Of a stretch of DNA of 64,000 bases, positions 1-11,571 are shown one piece after another (positions within the stretch are counted from its first letter, which is position 1; each line of letters opens with the position of its first letter). This stretch comes from Bacteroidota bacterium (GTDB lineage: Bacteria > Bacteroidota > Ignavibacteria > Kryptoniales > JAKASW01). The notes below the pieces were generated by a model, which saw nothing but the letters and a program-made list of their open reading frames with translations, was not told where the DNA came from and did not search any database. Where the stretch lies: contig JAMCXB010000047.1 of the NCBI GenBank assembly GCA_023480735.1, positions 30,486 through 94,485 of the forward strand. Direction: 5' to 3'. A program made the translations under genes and the position numbers.

Positions 1-429
1 CCGCAGCATGACAGGCTTTTCGATGCCTTGTTTGCTCTGAAGCTGGATTTGTACAAGACCAGGTCTGAGCTTGATGCGGCGCTGTCGGAGTATATAAGTG
101 ACCAGGCAGTGAGGCAGCTTTTATTGAAAAATGTCGCGCGTGATGACAACGGGGGATTCAAATGGAAGATAGATATACCGGCAATCCGCAGGAATTACGA
201 GATGATAAACGGGGCCGTTGAATCGAGCCGGCAATTCGAATCTCCGACTCTTTTCATCAGAGGGGGAAAATCGTCTTACATTCTTGACGGCGACACGGAA
301 GAGATAAAGTCAGTTTTCCCGAATGCAGAGTTCGTCACGGTTGAGAATACCGGTCATTGGGTACACGCGGAAGCACCGGGAAAATTCGCGGAGATCGTCA
401 TGGAATTTTTATCGGGGAACATGCGTTAA
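1..429 (+). CDS. alpha/beta-fold hydrolase, C-terminal part (5' end outside window)
   Basis: Frame 1 is open from the window edge. The C-terminal hydrolase-fold motif VENTGHWVHAEAP (catalytic His region) is present. No start codon lies within the window. Confidence 0.8.
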   Translation, partial: PQHDRLFDALFALKLDLYKTRSELDAALSEYISDQAVRQLLLKNVARDDNGGFKWKIDIPAIRRNYEMINGAVESSRQFESPTLFIRGGKSSYILDGDTEEIKSVFPNAEFVTVENTGHWVHAEAPGKFAEIVMEFLSGNMR

Positions 430-580
430 GAAATCAGTTCCCTCAAGCGTAAGCTGTTTGCATGATAGGGCTTGAGGGTTACAACGAGTATGTCTCTGTA
501 TGAATCAATTCCTTCGAGACAAGTTTGAAACTCTTTCAATCACAGTTTAATTTGTTTTTAGGGAAAAATTGGAGGAAGAA

Positions 581-1054
581 ATGGCTGTTGAAATTGGAAA
601 GAAGGCACCTGACTTTAAGCTCTATGATACTGAACGCAAAGAGAGAAGCCTTTCTGAATTTGCAGGCAGGAAGGTGGTTCTCGCATTTTACCCTGGAGCG
701 TTCACGGGTGTCTGTACAAAAGAAATGTGCAATTTTCGGGATACGATGAGCAAATTTAACAACATGAATGCTCAGGTGATCGGTATTAGTGTCGATCCGC
801 CGTTCTCTAACAAGGCGTTTGCCGACCATAACAAACTGAACTTTCCAGTCCTTTCCGACTACAATCGCGCAGCTGTGAAGGCTTACGATTCTTACCACGA
901 AAACTTCATAGGACTGAACGGATATACTGCCGCCAAGCGTGCGGTTTTTGTAATTGACAAGGATGGCATCGTGCGGTATAAGTGGATATCCGATAACCCG
1001 GGCGTCGAGCCTAACTACGACGAAGTCTACAAAGCCGTAGAATCCACGAAGTAG
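581..1054 (+). CDS. peroxiredoxin (AhpC/TSA family)
   Basis: Peroxidatic Cys context AFYPGAFTGVCTKEMC. GGAGGA lies just upstream of ATG 581. The track start TTG 569 is also possible. Confidence 0.88.
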   Translation: MAVEIGKKAPDFKLYDTERKERSLSEFAGRKVVLAFYPGAFTGVCTKEMCNFRDTMSKFNNMNAQVIGISVDPPFSNKAFADHNKLNFPVLSDYNRAAVKAYDSYHENFIGLNGYTAAKRAVFVIDKDGIVRYKWISDNPGVEPNYDEVYKAVESTK

Positions 1055-1171
1055 TCGTGATGCAATCATGATTATCACGGGCTCGCATGAAATGGGCAGG
1101 CCCGCTTTTCCTTAAAGTGATCCGCCGGGAATTCACGGGATTTCATGACCCGGCTTTGAGGATGGAGGAGG

Positions 1172-1672
1172 ATGGATATGACAAAGTCTGGAGTGAAACC
1201 GGCCAAAACGGCGAAAGGTACATTAGATGCTGGCGATAAAGCACCGGACTTCACTCTGAAAAGTGACAAAGAAGAAACCGTCAGCTTATCGCAGTACAAA
1301 GGGAAAAAAGTTGTCCTTTACTTTTATCCAAAGGATGACACGCCGGGTTGTACGAAGGAGGCTTGCTCCTTCCGGGACGGATTTTCAGTTATTCAGAAGA
1401 AGGGTGCGATAGTACTTGGCGTCAGTACCGACTCGGTGGAATCGCACAAGAAGTTCAAGGAAAAATTTCATCTAAATTTCCCTTTGTTGAGCGACGTGGA
1501 TAAGAAAGTAGTCAATGCGTATGGCGTTTGGAAAGAGAAAGCGCTTTACGGAAGAAAATACATGGGCATCGAGCGCACGACTTTCGTCATAGATGAAGAC
1601 GGGAAGATCAAGAGGGTATTTCCGAAAGTGAAAGTTGACGGGCATTATGATGAAGTGCTTGCTGAGCTGTAA
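1172..1672 (+). CDS. bcp: thiol peroxidase Bcp/PrxQ-type peroxiredoxin
   Basis: Signature YFYPKDDTPGCTKEACSFRD with a CxxxxC pair. GGAGGAGG SD upstream. Confidence 0.9.
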   Translation: MDMTKSGVKPAKTAKGTLDAGDKAPDFTLKSDKEETVSLSQYKGKKVVLYFYPKDDTPGCTKEACSFRDGFSVIQKKGAIVLGVSTDSVESHKKFKEKFHLNFPLLSDVDKKVVNAYGVWKEKALYGRKYMGIERTTFVIDEDGKIKRVFPKVKVDGHYDEVLAEL

Positions 1673-1723
1673 CACGGAAACCCCTTTCAGTAAAAATGTG
1701 TAAAATGAAGAAGGCGAAAACTG

Positions 1724-2296
1724 ATGAGTGAAGTAAAGGTGGAGCTTGCCCTTGAGGATCTCATTCGCGAGATGCTGATAAAGCTGGACGAAGATCCGGA
1801 ACGTGAAGGGTTGAAGAAAACCCCATATAGAGTTGCACGAGCCTTTGAGTTCCTGACAAAAGGCTACAAGCAGGACATCGAGACAGTGATGAACAATGCC
1901 ATCTTCGAAGAGAAGTACAGCGAGATGGTGCTTGTAAAGGATATCGATTTCTTCAGCATGTGCGAGCATCACTTACTTCCATTTTTTGGGAAGGTGCACA
2001 TTGCATACATACCGGACGGCAGGATCGTGGGACTCAGCAAAATGCCGCGCATCGTAGAAGTATTTGCGCGACGCCTGCAGGTACAGGAACGCATGACTCA
2101 GGAAATCGCAGAGACTCTGTTTGAGTATCTGCAGCCGCGTGGTGTCGGAGTCGTAATCGAGGCACAGCACCTGTGTATGATGATGCGCGGGGTGGAAAAG
2201 CAAAACTCTGCTGCCACGACGAGTGCGATGATCGGGGAATTCCGGGAAGACGTTAAGACAAGGGACGAGTTTCTGAACCTAATTACTCGCAGGTGA
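1724..2296 (+). CDS. folE: GTP cyclohydrolase I
   Basis: FolE motifs [22 protein letters not shown] and [14 protein letters not shown]. Typical length of 190 aa. Confidence 0.95.
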   Translation: MSEVKVELALEDLIREMLIKLDEDPEREGLKKTPYRVARAFEFLTKGYKQDIETVMNNAIFEEKYSEMVLVKDIDFFSMCEHHLLPFFGKVHIAYIPDGRIVGLSKMPRIVEVFARRLQVQERMTQEIAETLFEYLQPRGVGVVIEAQHLCMMMRGVEKQNSAATTSAMIGEFREDVKTRDEFLNLITRR

Positions 2297-2303
2297 GGAT
2301 GTT

Positions 2304-3011
2304 TTGAAGTTAAGGGATAGAGCCGCCATTGTCACCGGTGCGAGCAGAGGCATCGGCAAAGCAATCGCCGAGCATTACGCTGCCGAAGGAGCGAAGTTAG
2401 TCCTCTGCGCCCGGAACACGGAGCAATTGTTCGGAGTCAGAGATGATTTGAAGAGCCGTGGGGCGGAAGTAGTCGCGGTCGCCGCGGATATGGCCGCGGA
2501 AAAAGACGTTAACAGCCTTATAAGAACCGCGCATGAGGCGTTCGGCAGGATAGATGTGCTGGTAAACAACGCCGGATTTGGCATATTCAAACCGCTCCTT
2601 GAGATGAAGACGGATGAGTTTGATTCACTTTTCAGCGTAAACATGCGCGGCCCTTTTCTCGCAATAAGAGATACCCTTCCTTACATGATCAGTCAAAAGG
2701 ACGGAGTTATAATAAATATCGCATCATTGGCTGCAAAGAACGCGGTCGAGAATGGTGCCGTTTATGCCGCGACGAAATGGGCCATGCTGGGATTCGGCAA
2801 AAGTCTCATGCTTGAAGTGCGGAAATACAACATCAGGGTGGTAACTATCTGTCCCGGTTCCGTCGACACGGACTTCGGCGATCACAATCGACCTGACCGT
2901 GATAAGATCCTCAGGCCCGAAGATGTTGCCGAAGCCGCGGTGCTTGCAGCTTCGCTCCCTGCGCGCTCCATGATGAGCGAAATAGACATGAGACCTACCA
3001 ACCCAAAGTAG
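2304..3011 (+). CDS. short-chain dehydrogenase/reductase (SDR)
   Basis: TGASRGIGKAI cofactor motif, NNAG, and catalytic YAATKW (YxxxK). TTG start. Substrate unknown. Confidence 0.88.
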   Translation: MKLRDRAAIVTGASRGIGKAIAEHYAAEGAKLVLCARNTEQLFGVRDDLKSRGAEVVAVAADMAAEKDVNSLIRTAHEAFGRIDVLVNNAGFGIFKPLLEMKTDEFDSLFSVNMRGPFLAIRDTLPYMISQKDGVIINIASLAAKNAVENGAVYAATKWAMLGFGKSLMLEVRKYNIRVVTICPGSVDTDFGDHNRPDRDKILRPEDVAEAAVLAASLPARSMMSEIDMRPTNPK

Positions 3012-3012
3012 A

Positions 3013-4041
3013 ATGGATCCTTCGCGTGACTTATTCGATGTGACCATAATAGGGAGTGGTCCGGTCGGTTTGTACGGCATCTTCTACGCCAGGCTTCGCG
3101 GAATGAAGGCAAAAATATTGGATGCACTGCCGGAGCTCGGTGGGCAGCTCGTCACCCTATATCCTGAAAAATTCATCTTTGATGTCGCCGGATTTCCAAG
3201 GATACTTGCCAGGGACCTTGCCAAGAATCTCATCGAGCAGGCGCTGTCGCTTGCCCCGACGGTGTGTCTGGGGGCGAAGGTAACCATGTTGAAGACTCAT
3301 GAAGAAGAATCAAAGAGAGTCTTCGAGCTCGTTACCGACGACGGCCTTTCTCATTTCACGAGGTCTGTCGTCCTGACTGCGGGAATCGGCGCTTTCCGGC
3401 CAAAGAGACTCGGTGTACCCGGTATCGTAGAATTCGAGGGAAAAGGTATCCATTATTTCGTCAACGAAAAGAAAATCTTCTGCGACAAGGATATACTCAT
3501 TGTAGGCGGAGGAGATTCGGCCGTAGATTGGGCGCTAAACCTTTCTGGCACTGCGAAGCAGATCACGCTTATTCACCGAAGAGATCAGTTCCGTGCTCAC
3601 GAAGAAAGTGTCAAGGAGTTAATGTCGTCTCCGGTTGCCGTCAAGACATTCCACGAACTGAAAGCAGTCAGTGGAAACTCATCGGTTCAGGAAGCGGTGA
3701 TTTTCGATAACAGAACAGGGGAGGAGCATTCACTCAGAGTCGATGCAATCATCCTGAACCTCGGTTTTCATGCGGACCTTGGTCCGATTAAGCAATGGGG
3801 ATTGGAAATCGATAGGGGCGGCATCAAAGTGAATTATCGGATGGAGACCAGCATGGAGGGGATTTTTGCTGCCGGCGACGTTGCTTCTCATCCTGGAAAA
3901 TTGAAACTGATAAGTACAGGCTTCGGCGAAGTGGCGACTGCCATAAATTTCGCCAAGAATCTAATCGATCCCGGTTCGAAGGTCTTCCCGGGTCATTCCA
4001 GCGATTCACGCAGTCTGCCGTCGCCAAAAGTCGGGCTCTGA
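3013..4041 (+). CDS. ferredoxin-NADP+ reductase, thioredoxin-reductase-like type
   Basis: Two dinucleotide-binding motifs (IIGSGPVGLY and IVGGGDSAVDWA). The TrxR CxxC redox pair is absent. This pattern matches YumC/Chlorobium-type FNR. Confidence 0.85.
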   Translation: MDPSRDLFDVTIIGSGPVGLYGIFYARLRGMKAKILDALPELGGQLVTLYPEKFIFDVAGFPRILARDLAKNLIEQALSLAPTVCLGAKVTMLKTHEEESKRVFELVTDDGLSHFTRSVVLTAGIGAFRPKRLGVPGIVEFEGKGIHYFVNEKKIFCDKDILIVGGGDSAVDWALNLSGTAKQITLIHRRDQFRAHEESVKELMSSPVAVKTFHELKAVSGNSSVQEAVIFDNRTGEEHSLRVDAIILNLGFHADLGPIKQWGLEIDRGGIKVNYRMETSMEGIFAAGDVASHPGKLKLISTGFGEVATAINFAKNLIDPGSKVFPGHSSDSRSLPSPKVGL

Positions 4042-4173
4042 GTTCTTCGGGTCTTCTTTCTCATGATGGTTTGTTAGGGATTGCACCATTCGATATATTC
4101 GTATCAATTTATCCATGAAGTATACTCCTATGCTTATCTTCCGTCGATCGTGAAGTCTAAAAGACTCATTTAA

Positions 4174-5454
4174 ATGCCAGACAGAAGAATATTTCGCTCT
4201 AATTCACGCCTTAAGAAGAACTTTAAGTCGCTGCGTCATTACAATTATCGTTTATACTGGATATCGCAGCTGATTTCAGTCACCGGCACCTGGATGCAGA
4301 ACATTGCGCTCGCGTGGCTCGTCGTTACTCTGACGGGTTCTGCAGTTGCCCTTGGTACAGCTACCGCCCTGCAGTTTCTACCGATTCTCCTCCTTTCCCT
4401 TTTTGCCGGTGTCTTCATCGATCGGTTGCCGAAAAGGAGAATCATCATCGCAACACAGAGCCTATCTGCAGTCCAGGCATTTATCCTGTGGATTCTGGTA
4501 GCATTGAAGGCAATAACACTTTGGGAGATCTATGTCCTTTCACTCTTCATTGGATTTGTCAATGCGCTAGACCAGCCGGGACGGCAGGCATTTGTTGCCG
4601 AGATGGTACCTGATGAAGATGTGGGGAATGCGATTGCGCTTAATTCTCTCCTCTTTAACGCAGCCAGGACAGTCGGGCCTGCGATAGCCGGCGTAACAAT
4701 TGCGCTGGTCGGTGTTGCTTCTAGTTTTCTGATAAATGCGTTGAGTTATTTGGCGATAATCGCTGCCCTTTTGATGATGAGAGTATCACAACTCAGGACC
4801 TTCCCTGCAAGGGTAAGCACGACAATGAAGGAAGGGCTGAAAGAGGGGATTTCATTCGCTGTCAACGATCCCGTGATAGCTTCGATCCTTATAGTTCTAA
4901 TATTTGTGGGGACATTCGGGTACAACTACAGCACGGTTCTTCCGCTGCTGGTCAAGTTCATCATGAGCGGCGGGCCGGAAATGTTCGGGGTGCTGACGGC
5001 AGCCTTAGGCATTGGGTCAATGATTGGTGCATTGTTAGTTGCCGGGCGCCAGCAGCCAACGCGTAAATTTATATACACTTTTGCCATGATATTCGGACTG
5101 ATCGATGTGGCCATGGCCCTTTCAAGGAATTACGCTTTGACGGTAATCCTGCTCGTGGCGCTCGGTATTGCCAGCATTTCGTACATAGCCTCCACCAACA
5201 CCTCGCTGCAGATGAATACTCCGATGCATCTTCGAGGCAGGATAATGGGTCTGTACGTGGTCATCTTCGCGGGTAGCACACCAATAGGAGCTTTGTTCAC
5301 CGGTTTTGTTGCTGAGTGGATAGGTACCGCCCCAATGATATTCATAGAAGGGGTACTGTGTCTTATTGGCGTGTTTGCAGGAGTGGCTTATGTCAGGAGG
5401 AAAGCGGTGGTGGTTCAAAGAGAGGAAGTCCCGGAAAGGTCCGGGACTTCCTGA
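4174..5454 (+). CDS. MFS transporter
   Basis: 426 aa, hydrophobic throughout. The N-terminus YRLYWISQLISVTGTWMQNIALAWLV is typical of the EntS-like MFS subfamily. Confidence 0.85.
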   Translation: MPDRRIFRSNSRLKKNFKSLRHYNYRLYWISQLISVTGTWMQNIALAWLVVTLTGSAVALGTATALQFLPILLLSLFAGVFIDRLPKRRIIIATQSLSAVQAFILWILVALKAITLWEIYVLSLFIGFVNALDQPGRQAFVAEMVPDEDVGNAIALNSLLFNAARTVGPAIAGVTIALVGVASSFLINALSYLAIIAALLMMRVSQLRTFPARVSTTMKEGLKEGISFAVNDPVIASILIVLIFVGTFGYNYSTVLPLLVKFIMSGGPEMFGVLTAALGIGSMIGALLVAGRQQPTRKFIYTFAMIFGLIDVAMALSRNYALTVILLVALGIASISYIASTNTSLQMNTPMHLRGRIMGLYVVIFAGSTPIGALFTGFVAEWIGTAPMIFIEGVLCLIGVFAGVAYVRRKAVVVQREEVPERSGTS

Positions 5455-5466
5455 GGACCCCGGATT

Positions 5467-6057
5467 CTACTTACCCGAATCGGGTGATTGCCAATTTTGC
5501 CGGTTCATCATGTTTGACCGTCCCCACATGTTCATATTTCTGCCCATTCCTCCGCCATTTCTCATCATCTCCATCCTGTTCATCATCATTCCACCTCTAC
5601 CCATACGGCCTTGCCATGCACCTGACATTCTGTTGTGTCTGAACATCATGGGATGCTGAAGAACATCTTTCCATATCTTCTGCTGCTCGGGGGTGAGTAT
5701 CGTGTTAACCTCGAACCATCCCTCGAGCCGGTTTGAGCGAAGTTCACCTTGCAGCTTCGCGATGTCTTGTATCTTTGCTGCGAGCGCGTTCTGGTCCGGA
5801 TTAGTGGCCGAAGCCAGTTCAGCATAGTCTAAGCGGGCATGGGCGATGCTGGCACGTATGTCGATTTGCTTCTGCATCAAGTTCAGCCGTATCTTCTGCA
5901 TCTCAGCCTTCTGCTGATCGGTGAGTTTCAATCTGGCGAAGAGCATCGGGACGTGCATCATCGGCATTTGATGCATTCGTGGCGGTTCAGGCTGTGCCAC
6001 AGCTGCTCCTGCGGCGAACAATAATCCGAGTACTGCTACGATCAATTTGCTTCTCAT
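5467..6057 (-). CDS. periplasmic Spy/CpxP/ZraP-family (LTXXQ) protein with Met-rich tails
   Basis: Signal peptide MRSKLIVAVLGLLFAAGAAVAQ. Two LTxxQ motifs (LTDQQ, LTPEQQ). The segments flanking the helical core are rich in Met, Gly, Asn and Arg. Confidence 0.75.
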   Translation of the reverse strand: MRSKLIVAVLGLLFAAGAAVAQPEPPRMHQMPMMHVPMLFARLKLTDQQKAEMQKIRLNLMQKQIDIRASIAHARLDYAELASATNPDQNALAAKIQDIAKLQGELRSNRLEGWFEVNTILTPEQQKIWKDVLQHPMMFRHNRMSGAWQGRMGRGGMMMNRMEMMRNGGGMGRNMNMWGRSNMMNRQNWQSPDSGK

Positions 6058-6140
6058 TTCAAGACTCCTTTTTGTAAATCTAACCGTTGGACTTCTGATG
6101 ATCCGTTTCGGTTTAATATTTCTAGCTTGAAGCGCTTTTC

Positions 6141-7352
6141 ATGCTTTTTTATATTCAAAAAGTGAGAGCGATTCTACGAGGGAGGCTAGTTATTGATGGT
6201 CTCCATGAAGTCAGTGAAAATATGGGAATCGTTGTAGATGGCGGAACAATTTTGCATGTGGGAAAATATGCTGAGATCGCCCGACACGCAGGCAGCCTTC
6301 CCGTCTACAACTTTGACGGTATACTCTGTCCGGGTTTGATTAATGCACACACGCATCTTGAGCTGTCTTTGTTCAGCAAAGAATCCTTCTCTCACAAGGA
6401 TTTCGTCGAGTGGGTGATCCGGCTTGTAGAGTCAAGATCTTCGGCTTCCTCCAGCGAGACTCATCTAGAGTGCTTGAAGGCAAAGAGGGAGGTTGAAAAG
6501 CGCGGTACTTCTTATTTCGTCAACGTGGGAAATGATTACGATATGAATGTGTCACTCGGCAAGAATCAACTGTTTCAATTCGAACAAATAGGAATAAACG
6601 GGTCTTATGCCGACAAAATACTCGGTCATGCCAGCTCGCTTATAGAGGGCCAGTATGGGGTTGACACTTCATTGGCTGTGCACGCTCCATATTCGGTTTC
6701 GACGGAGTTGATGCGAGGGATTAAAGCATTTAACAATAGCCGGGGGACCATCACATCCATTCATCTCGCGGAGACTGCGGACGAGGTCGAATTCACACGT
6801 TCGGGAAAAGGCCGAATGGCCGACCTTCTTAATCATAGTGTCGGAAAATGGAATTTCACCGTTCCAGGCTTGTCGCCTGTACAATATGTCGACTCTTTGG
6901 GTGTGCTGGATGAAAAAGCCTTGTGTGCTCACTGTGTGTTTGTCGATGACGAAGACGTAAGAATTCTGAAAGACCGTCGGAGCACGGTGGCAGTGTGCAT
7001 AAGGAGTAATCTGGAGCTTTCGGGTGAGAAGCCTCCGTTAGAGAAATTTCGGCGGAACGGGATTCGAATACTCATCGGTACAGATAGCAAGGCAAGTTCC
7101 CCCGACATAGACATGTTCTCAGAGATTGCAGCGTTTTACGACGAGTTTCACGATTTGTTTACTCCATCGGAGATAATTTCCCTCGCAACGGCCGACGCGG
7201 CTGATTTTCTTGGAATCGGCGATCATTACGGACGAATCGCTGCCGGCCTGAATAACTCAATTGTATATGTCCCGTTCGATGGAAATACCGAAGAGGCTTC
7301 CGAGTTTCTGGTCTCAGAAGCTTCTGGAAAGACTGAGGCGGTCGAGATTTGA
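6141..7352 (+). CDS. amidohydrolase-family protein (chlorohydrolase/deaminase-like)
   Basis: Metal-binding HxH motif in PGLINAHTHLELS, a later HLAET, and GTDS. Substrate cannot be assigned. Confidence 0.8.
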   Translation: MLFYIQKVRAILRGRLVIDGLHEVSENMGIVVDGGTILHVGKYAEIARHAGSLPVYNFDGILCPGLINAHTHLELSLFSKESFSHKDFVEWVIRLVESRSSASSSETHLECLKAKREVEKRGTSYFVNVGNDYDMNVSLGKNQLFQFEQIGINGSYADKILGHASSLIEGQYGVDTSLAVHAPYSVSTELMRGIKAFNNSRGTITSIHLAETADEVEFTRSGKGRMADLLNHSVGKWNFTVPGLSPVQYVDSLGVLDEKALCAHCVFVDDEDVRILKDRRSTVAVCIRSNLELSGEKPPLEKFRRNGIRILIGTDSKASSPDIDMFSEIAAFYDEFHDLFTPSEIISLATADAADFLGIGDHYGRIAAGLNNSIVYVPFDGNTEEASEFLVSEASGKTEAVEI

Positions 7353-7753
7353 GCGCGCGGTCCATGCTTGCACTGGTTTTTGCGGTTCTCCTCGGAGTAG
7401 TGGCCTACAAAACCGTGTTCGTCCCGGTCAGTGTGGGCATGGAAAGTTATCCCAAGAAGATTTTCATAAACACCGCGACTCCAGTTGATATCAAAGTAGT
7501 CGCTTTGAACAGAATTGGCTTCCGTATTCCCTTCATGCGCCTTCATGGGAAGTTCATTATACCGGAAGGGGCAACGAAGATACAAGTGCTTAAGACGGAA
7601 GACGATGAAATGATCTTCAGGACAAAGAGTACTGCCGGGAAACTGGTGGTCCTTTATTATACGCCCATCATTCCTTTTCCTGTCGAGATTGTCTTGGACA
7701 TAGAAACTTCAGCGCTGGCATACAGTAAACCTTCCTTACTGATTCCCAGTTAA
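7349..7753 (+). CDS. hypothetical membrane-anchored or secreted protein
   Basis: The ORF overlaps the amidohydrolase stop by 4 nt. N-terminal hydrophobic segment MLALVFAVLLGVVAY. No family recognised. Confidence 0.5.
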   Translation: MSARSMLALVFAVLLGVVAYKTVFVPVSVGMESYPKKIFINTATPVDIKVVALNRIGFRIPFMRLHGKFIIPEGATKIQVLKTEDDEMIFRTKSTAGKLVVLYYTPIIPFPVEIVLDIETSALAYSKPSLLIPS

Positions 7754-7761
7754 GTGCATAG

Positions 7762-9212
<1,451 letters not shown>

Positions 9213-9214
9213 AT

Positions 9215-10420
9215 ATGTCTGAGTTTGACAGCATCGATGTTGCGATTGAAGACATTAGACAGGGCCAGATTGTAATAGTCGTAGATGACGAGGAACGGGA
9301 GAACGAGGGAGACTTTGTTCTCGCTGCAGAAAAAGTGACTCCTCAGGCGGTCAACTTTCTCACAAAACACGCGCGTGGAATAATTTGCGTTTCTCTGTTG
9401 CCCGAACGTGCTGAGCAATTGCAGCTCGATATGATGGTCGGTGACAATACCTCACTTCACCAGACCGCTTTCACGGTAAGCGTGGATGCGGTAAGGGGTA
9501 CCACGACCGGCGTATCCGCTTCCGACCGCGCTACGACGATTCTATCGCTCGTGAACCCGGAGACGGTCCCGTCTGACCTTGCAAGGCCTGGACACATCTT
9601 TCCCCTTCGTGCCGTGAAGGAAGGTGTACTGAGGCGGGCGGGACACACCGAAGCAGCCATAGACCTCGCCAGATTGGCTTCGCTGTATCCGGCAGGAGTC
9701 CTGTGTGAGATTATGAACGATGATGGTACAATGGCACGTGTGCCGCAGCTGATTAAGATTGCCCGTGAGTTCGGGCTGCACATCGTCACGATCAGAGACC
9801 TTATTAATTACAGGATGCAACGCGAGCAGATGGTGAAGAAAATCGTCGTCACCAAGCTGCCTACTCAGTACGGCAACTTCGACCTGCATCTCTATCAGAG
9901 CGTAATTGACAAGAAGGAACATCTCGCGCTTGTCAAAGGCACAATATCCGGCGATGACCCCGTCTTGGTACGGGTGCACTCGGAGTGTCTCACCGGCGAC
10001 GTCTTCGGCTCCAAGAGGTGCGACTGTGGTGAGCAGCTGCATTGCGCGATGAAGAAGGTTGAAAAGGAAGGGACAGGAATAGTCCTTTATATGCGCCAGG
10101 AAGGAAGAGGAATCGGTCTCGTAAACAAGATCAAGGCATACAAGCTGCAGGACGATGGGCATGACACGGTCGAGGCAAACGAAAAGCTTGGATTCAAGGC
10201 CGATCTTCGCGATTACGGTATCGGGGCACAGATACTTGTCGATCTTGGCGTCAGGAAAATCCGTCTCATGACGAACAATCCCAAGAAAATAGTGGGCCTC
10301 GAAGGATATGGGCTTGAGATTGTCGAAAGAATCCCGATAGAAGTCGAGCCGAATGAGGAAAATCAGAAGTATCTCGAGACTAAACGGGATAAGCTAGGTC
10401 ATCTCATCCTCGATCTCTGA
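9215..10420 (+). CDS. ribBA: bifunctional 3,4-dihydroxy-2-butanone-4-phosphate synthase / GTP cyclohydrolase II
   Basis: RibB motif [12 protein letters not shown]. RibA zinc site [18 protein letters not shown]. 401 aa. Confidence 0.95.
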   Translation: MSEFDSIDVAIEDIRQGQIVIVVDDEERENEGDFVLAAEKVTPQAVNFLTKHARGIICVSLLPERAEQLQLDMMVGDNTSLHQTAFTVSVDAVRGTTTGVSASDRATTILSLVNPETVPSDLARPGHIFPLRAVKEGVLRRAGHTEAAIDLARLASLYPAGVLCEIMNDDGTMARVPQLIKIAREFGLHIVTIRDLINYRMQREQMVKKIVVTKLPTQYGNFDLHLYQSVIDKKEHLALVKGTISGDDPVLVRVHSECLTGDVFGSKRCDCGEQLHCAMKKVEKEGTGIVLYMRQEGRGIGLVNKIKAYKLQDDGHDTVEANEKLGFKADLRDYGIGAQILVDLGVRKIRLMTNNPKKIVGLEGYGLEIVERIPIEVEPNEENQKYLETKRDKLGHLILDL

Positions 10421-10523
10421 AAGGTGCCCGGGGCGCCTCCCGGATGTCCATCTCGGATGATTTGAGAGGGAAAGTTTGCAGGCGCTGGAAATAGTTGTTT
10501 ATAGTTTATTATCTTTAGTCAAA

Positions 10524-10560
10524 GTCCGTCCCCCAGTAAGAGGGACGGACTTTTGTATTT
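10524..10560 (+). terminator. rho-independent terminator after ribBA
   Basis: 9-bp stem gtccgtccc / gggacggac with a 9-nt loop, followed by TTTTGTATTT. Confidence 0.75.
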
Positions 10561-10585
10561 GTATGAAACGAAGTAGGAGGATTCG

Positions 10586-11062
10586 ATGTCGAATAACTTT
10601 GTCTATTTGACAAGAGAAAAATTAGTCGAACTTGAGGCACAGCTCAAGGACATGAAAACCAACGGCAGGTCGGAAGCCGCAAGGAAGATAGCCGAGGCGA
10701 GGTCCCACGGCGATCTTTCGGAGAATTCAGAGTACGATGCCGCCAAAGAAGAAATGCAGATGCTTGAGCTCCGCATTGCCCAGCTGGAACAGACTCTGAC
10801 GAGGACTCGGGTGATGGACCCGGCCGAGGTGCGTACAGACAAAGTCTATATCTTCAGCAGGGTGCATCTGTTGGATATGCTTGCGAACAAGAAGATAGAA
10901 TACCAGCTCGTCTCGACGGAAGAAGCTGACTTGCTGAAGGGGAAGATATCCACCGATTCACCGATAGGAAAAAGCCTTCTCGGCAAAGTAGTGGGAGACG
11001 TTGTTTCGGTGAAAGTGCCCGCCGGTATGAAGCAATATAGAATCCTGGAAATAGGCAGGTAA
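10586..11062 (+). CDS. greA: transcription elongation factor GreA
   Basis: GreA N-terminal coiled coil with GDLSENSEYDAAKEEQ-type motif. 158 aa. AGGAGGA SD. Confidence 0.93.
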   Translation: MSNNFVYLTREKLVELEAQLKDMKTNGRSEAARKIAEARSHGDLSENSEYDAAKEEMQMLELRIAQLEQTLTRTRVMDPAEVRTDKVYIFSRVHLLDMLANKKIEYQLVSTEEADLLKGKISTDSPIGKSLLGKVVGDVVSVKVPAGMKQYRILEIGR

Positions 11063-11571
11063 TGCCCAGGAACCTTGAGTTCAAGGCAAAGATAAATGAG
11101 ATAGTCGCGCTGGAGGAAGCATTCAAGCGGGACGGCGCGTCATTTGTCGAAATCCTCGAGCAGACAGACACGTATTTTGTTGTGCCGCGCGGGAGGCTGA
11201 AGCTCAGGGAAGCGACGGGGAAGAAAGCAGAGCTTATCTTCTATGAGCGGGACGAGAGTTCTCCGGAAGAAATGCGGAGTCTCTATGACGTTGTTCCGGC
11301 GGACCTCAGGATGGGGGAAGTCCTTTCAAAAGCTCTCGGCGTCAAGGTCGTGGTTTCGAAGAAGCGGCGGCTTCTCATGCTGAAGAACGCAAGGATACAT
11401 CTTGACGCGGTAGACGGGCTCGGGGCATACCTGGAATTCGAGGTCATGTCGCAGGGGGACGATGCCGGCGACGCGATTTTGCTTGACAGACTTAAGAGGA
11501 TAGCGGCTCCCTTTGTGGAAAGGGAGATCAATGTGTCTTACAGTGATCTGATAACATTGACACGAGGCTGA
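11062..11571 (+). CDS. CYTH-domain protein (class IV adenylate cyclase / CyaB-like)
   Basis: The N-terminus NLEFKAKI is an ExExK-like strand in which the first Glu is replaced by Asn. ELIFYERDE is also present. About 170 aa, typical for CyaB-like proteins. Confidence 0.7.
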   Translation: MPRNLEFKAKINEIVALEEAFKRDGASFVEILEQTDTYFVVPRGRLKLREATGKKAELIFYERDESSPEEMRSLYDVVPADLRMGEVLSKALGVKVVVSKKRRLLMLKNARIHLDAVDGLGAYLEFEVMSQGDDAGDAILLDRLKRIAAPFVEREINVSYSDLITLTRG

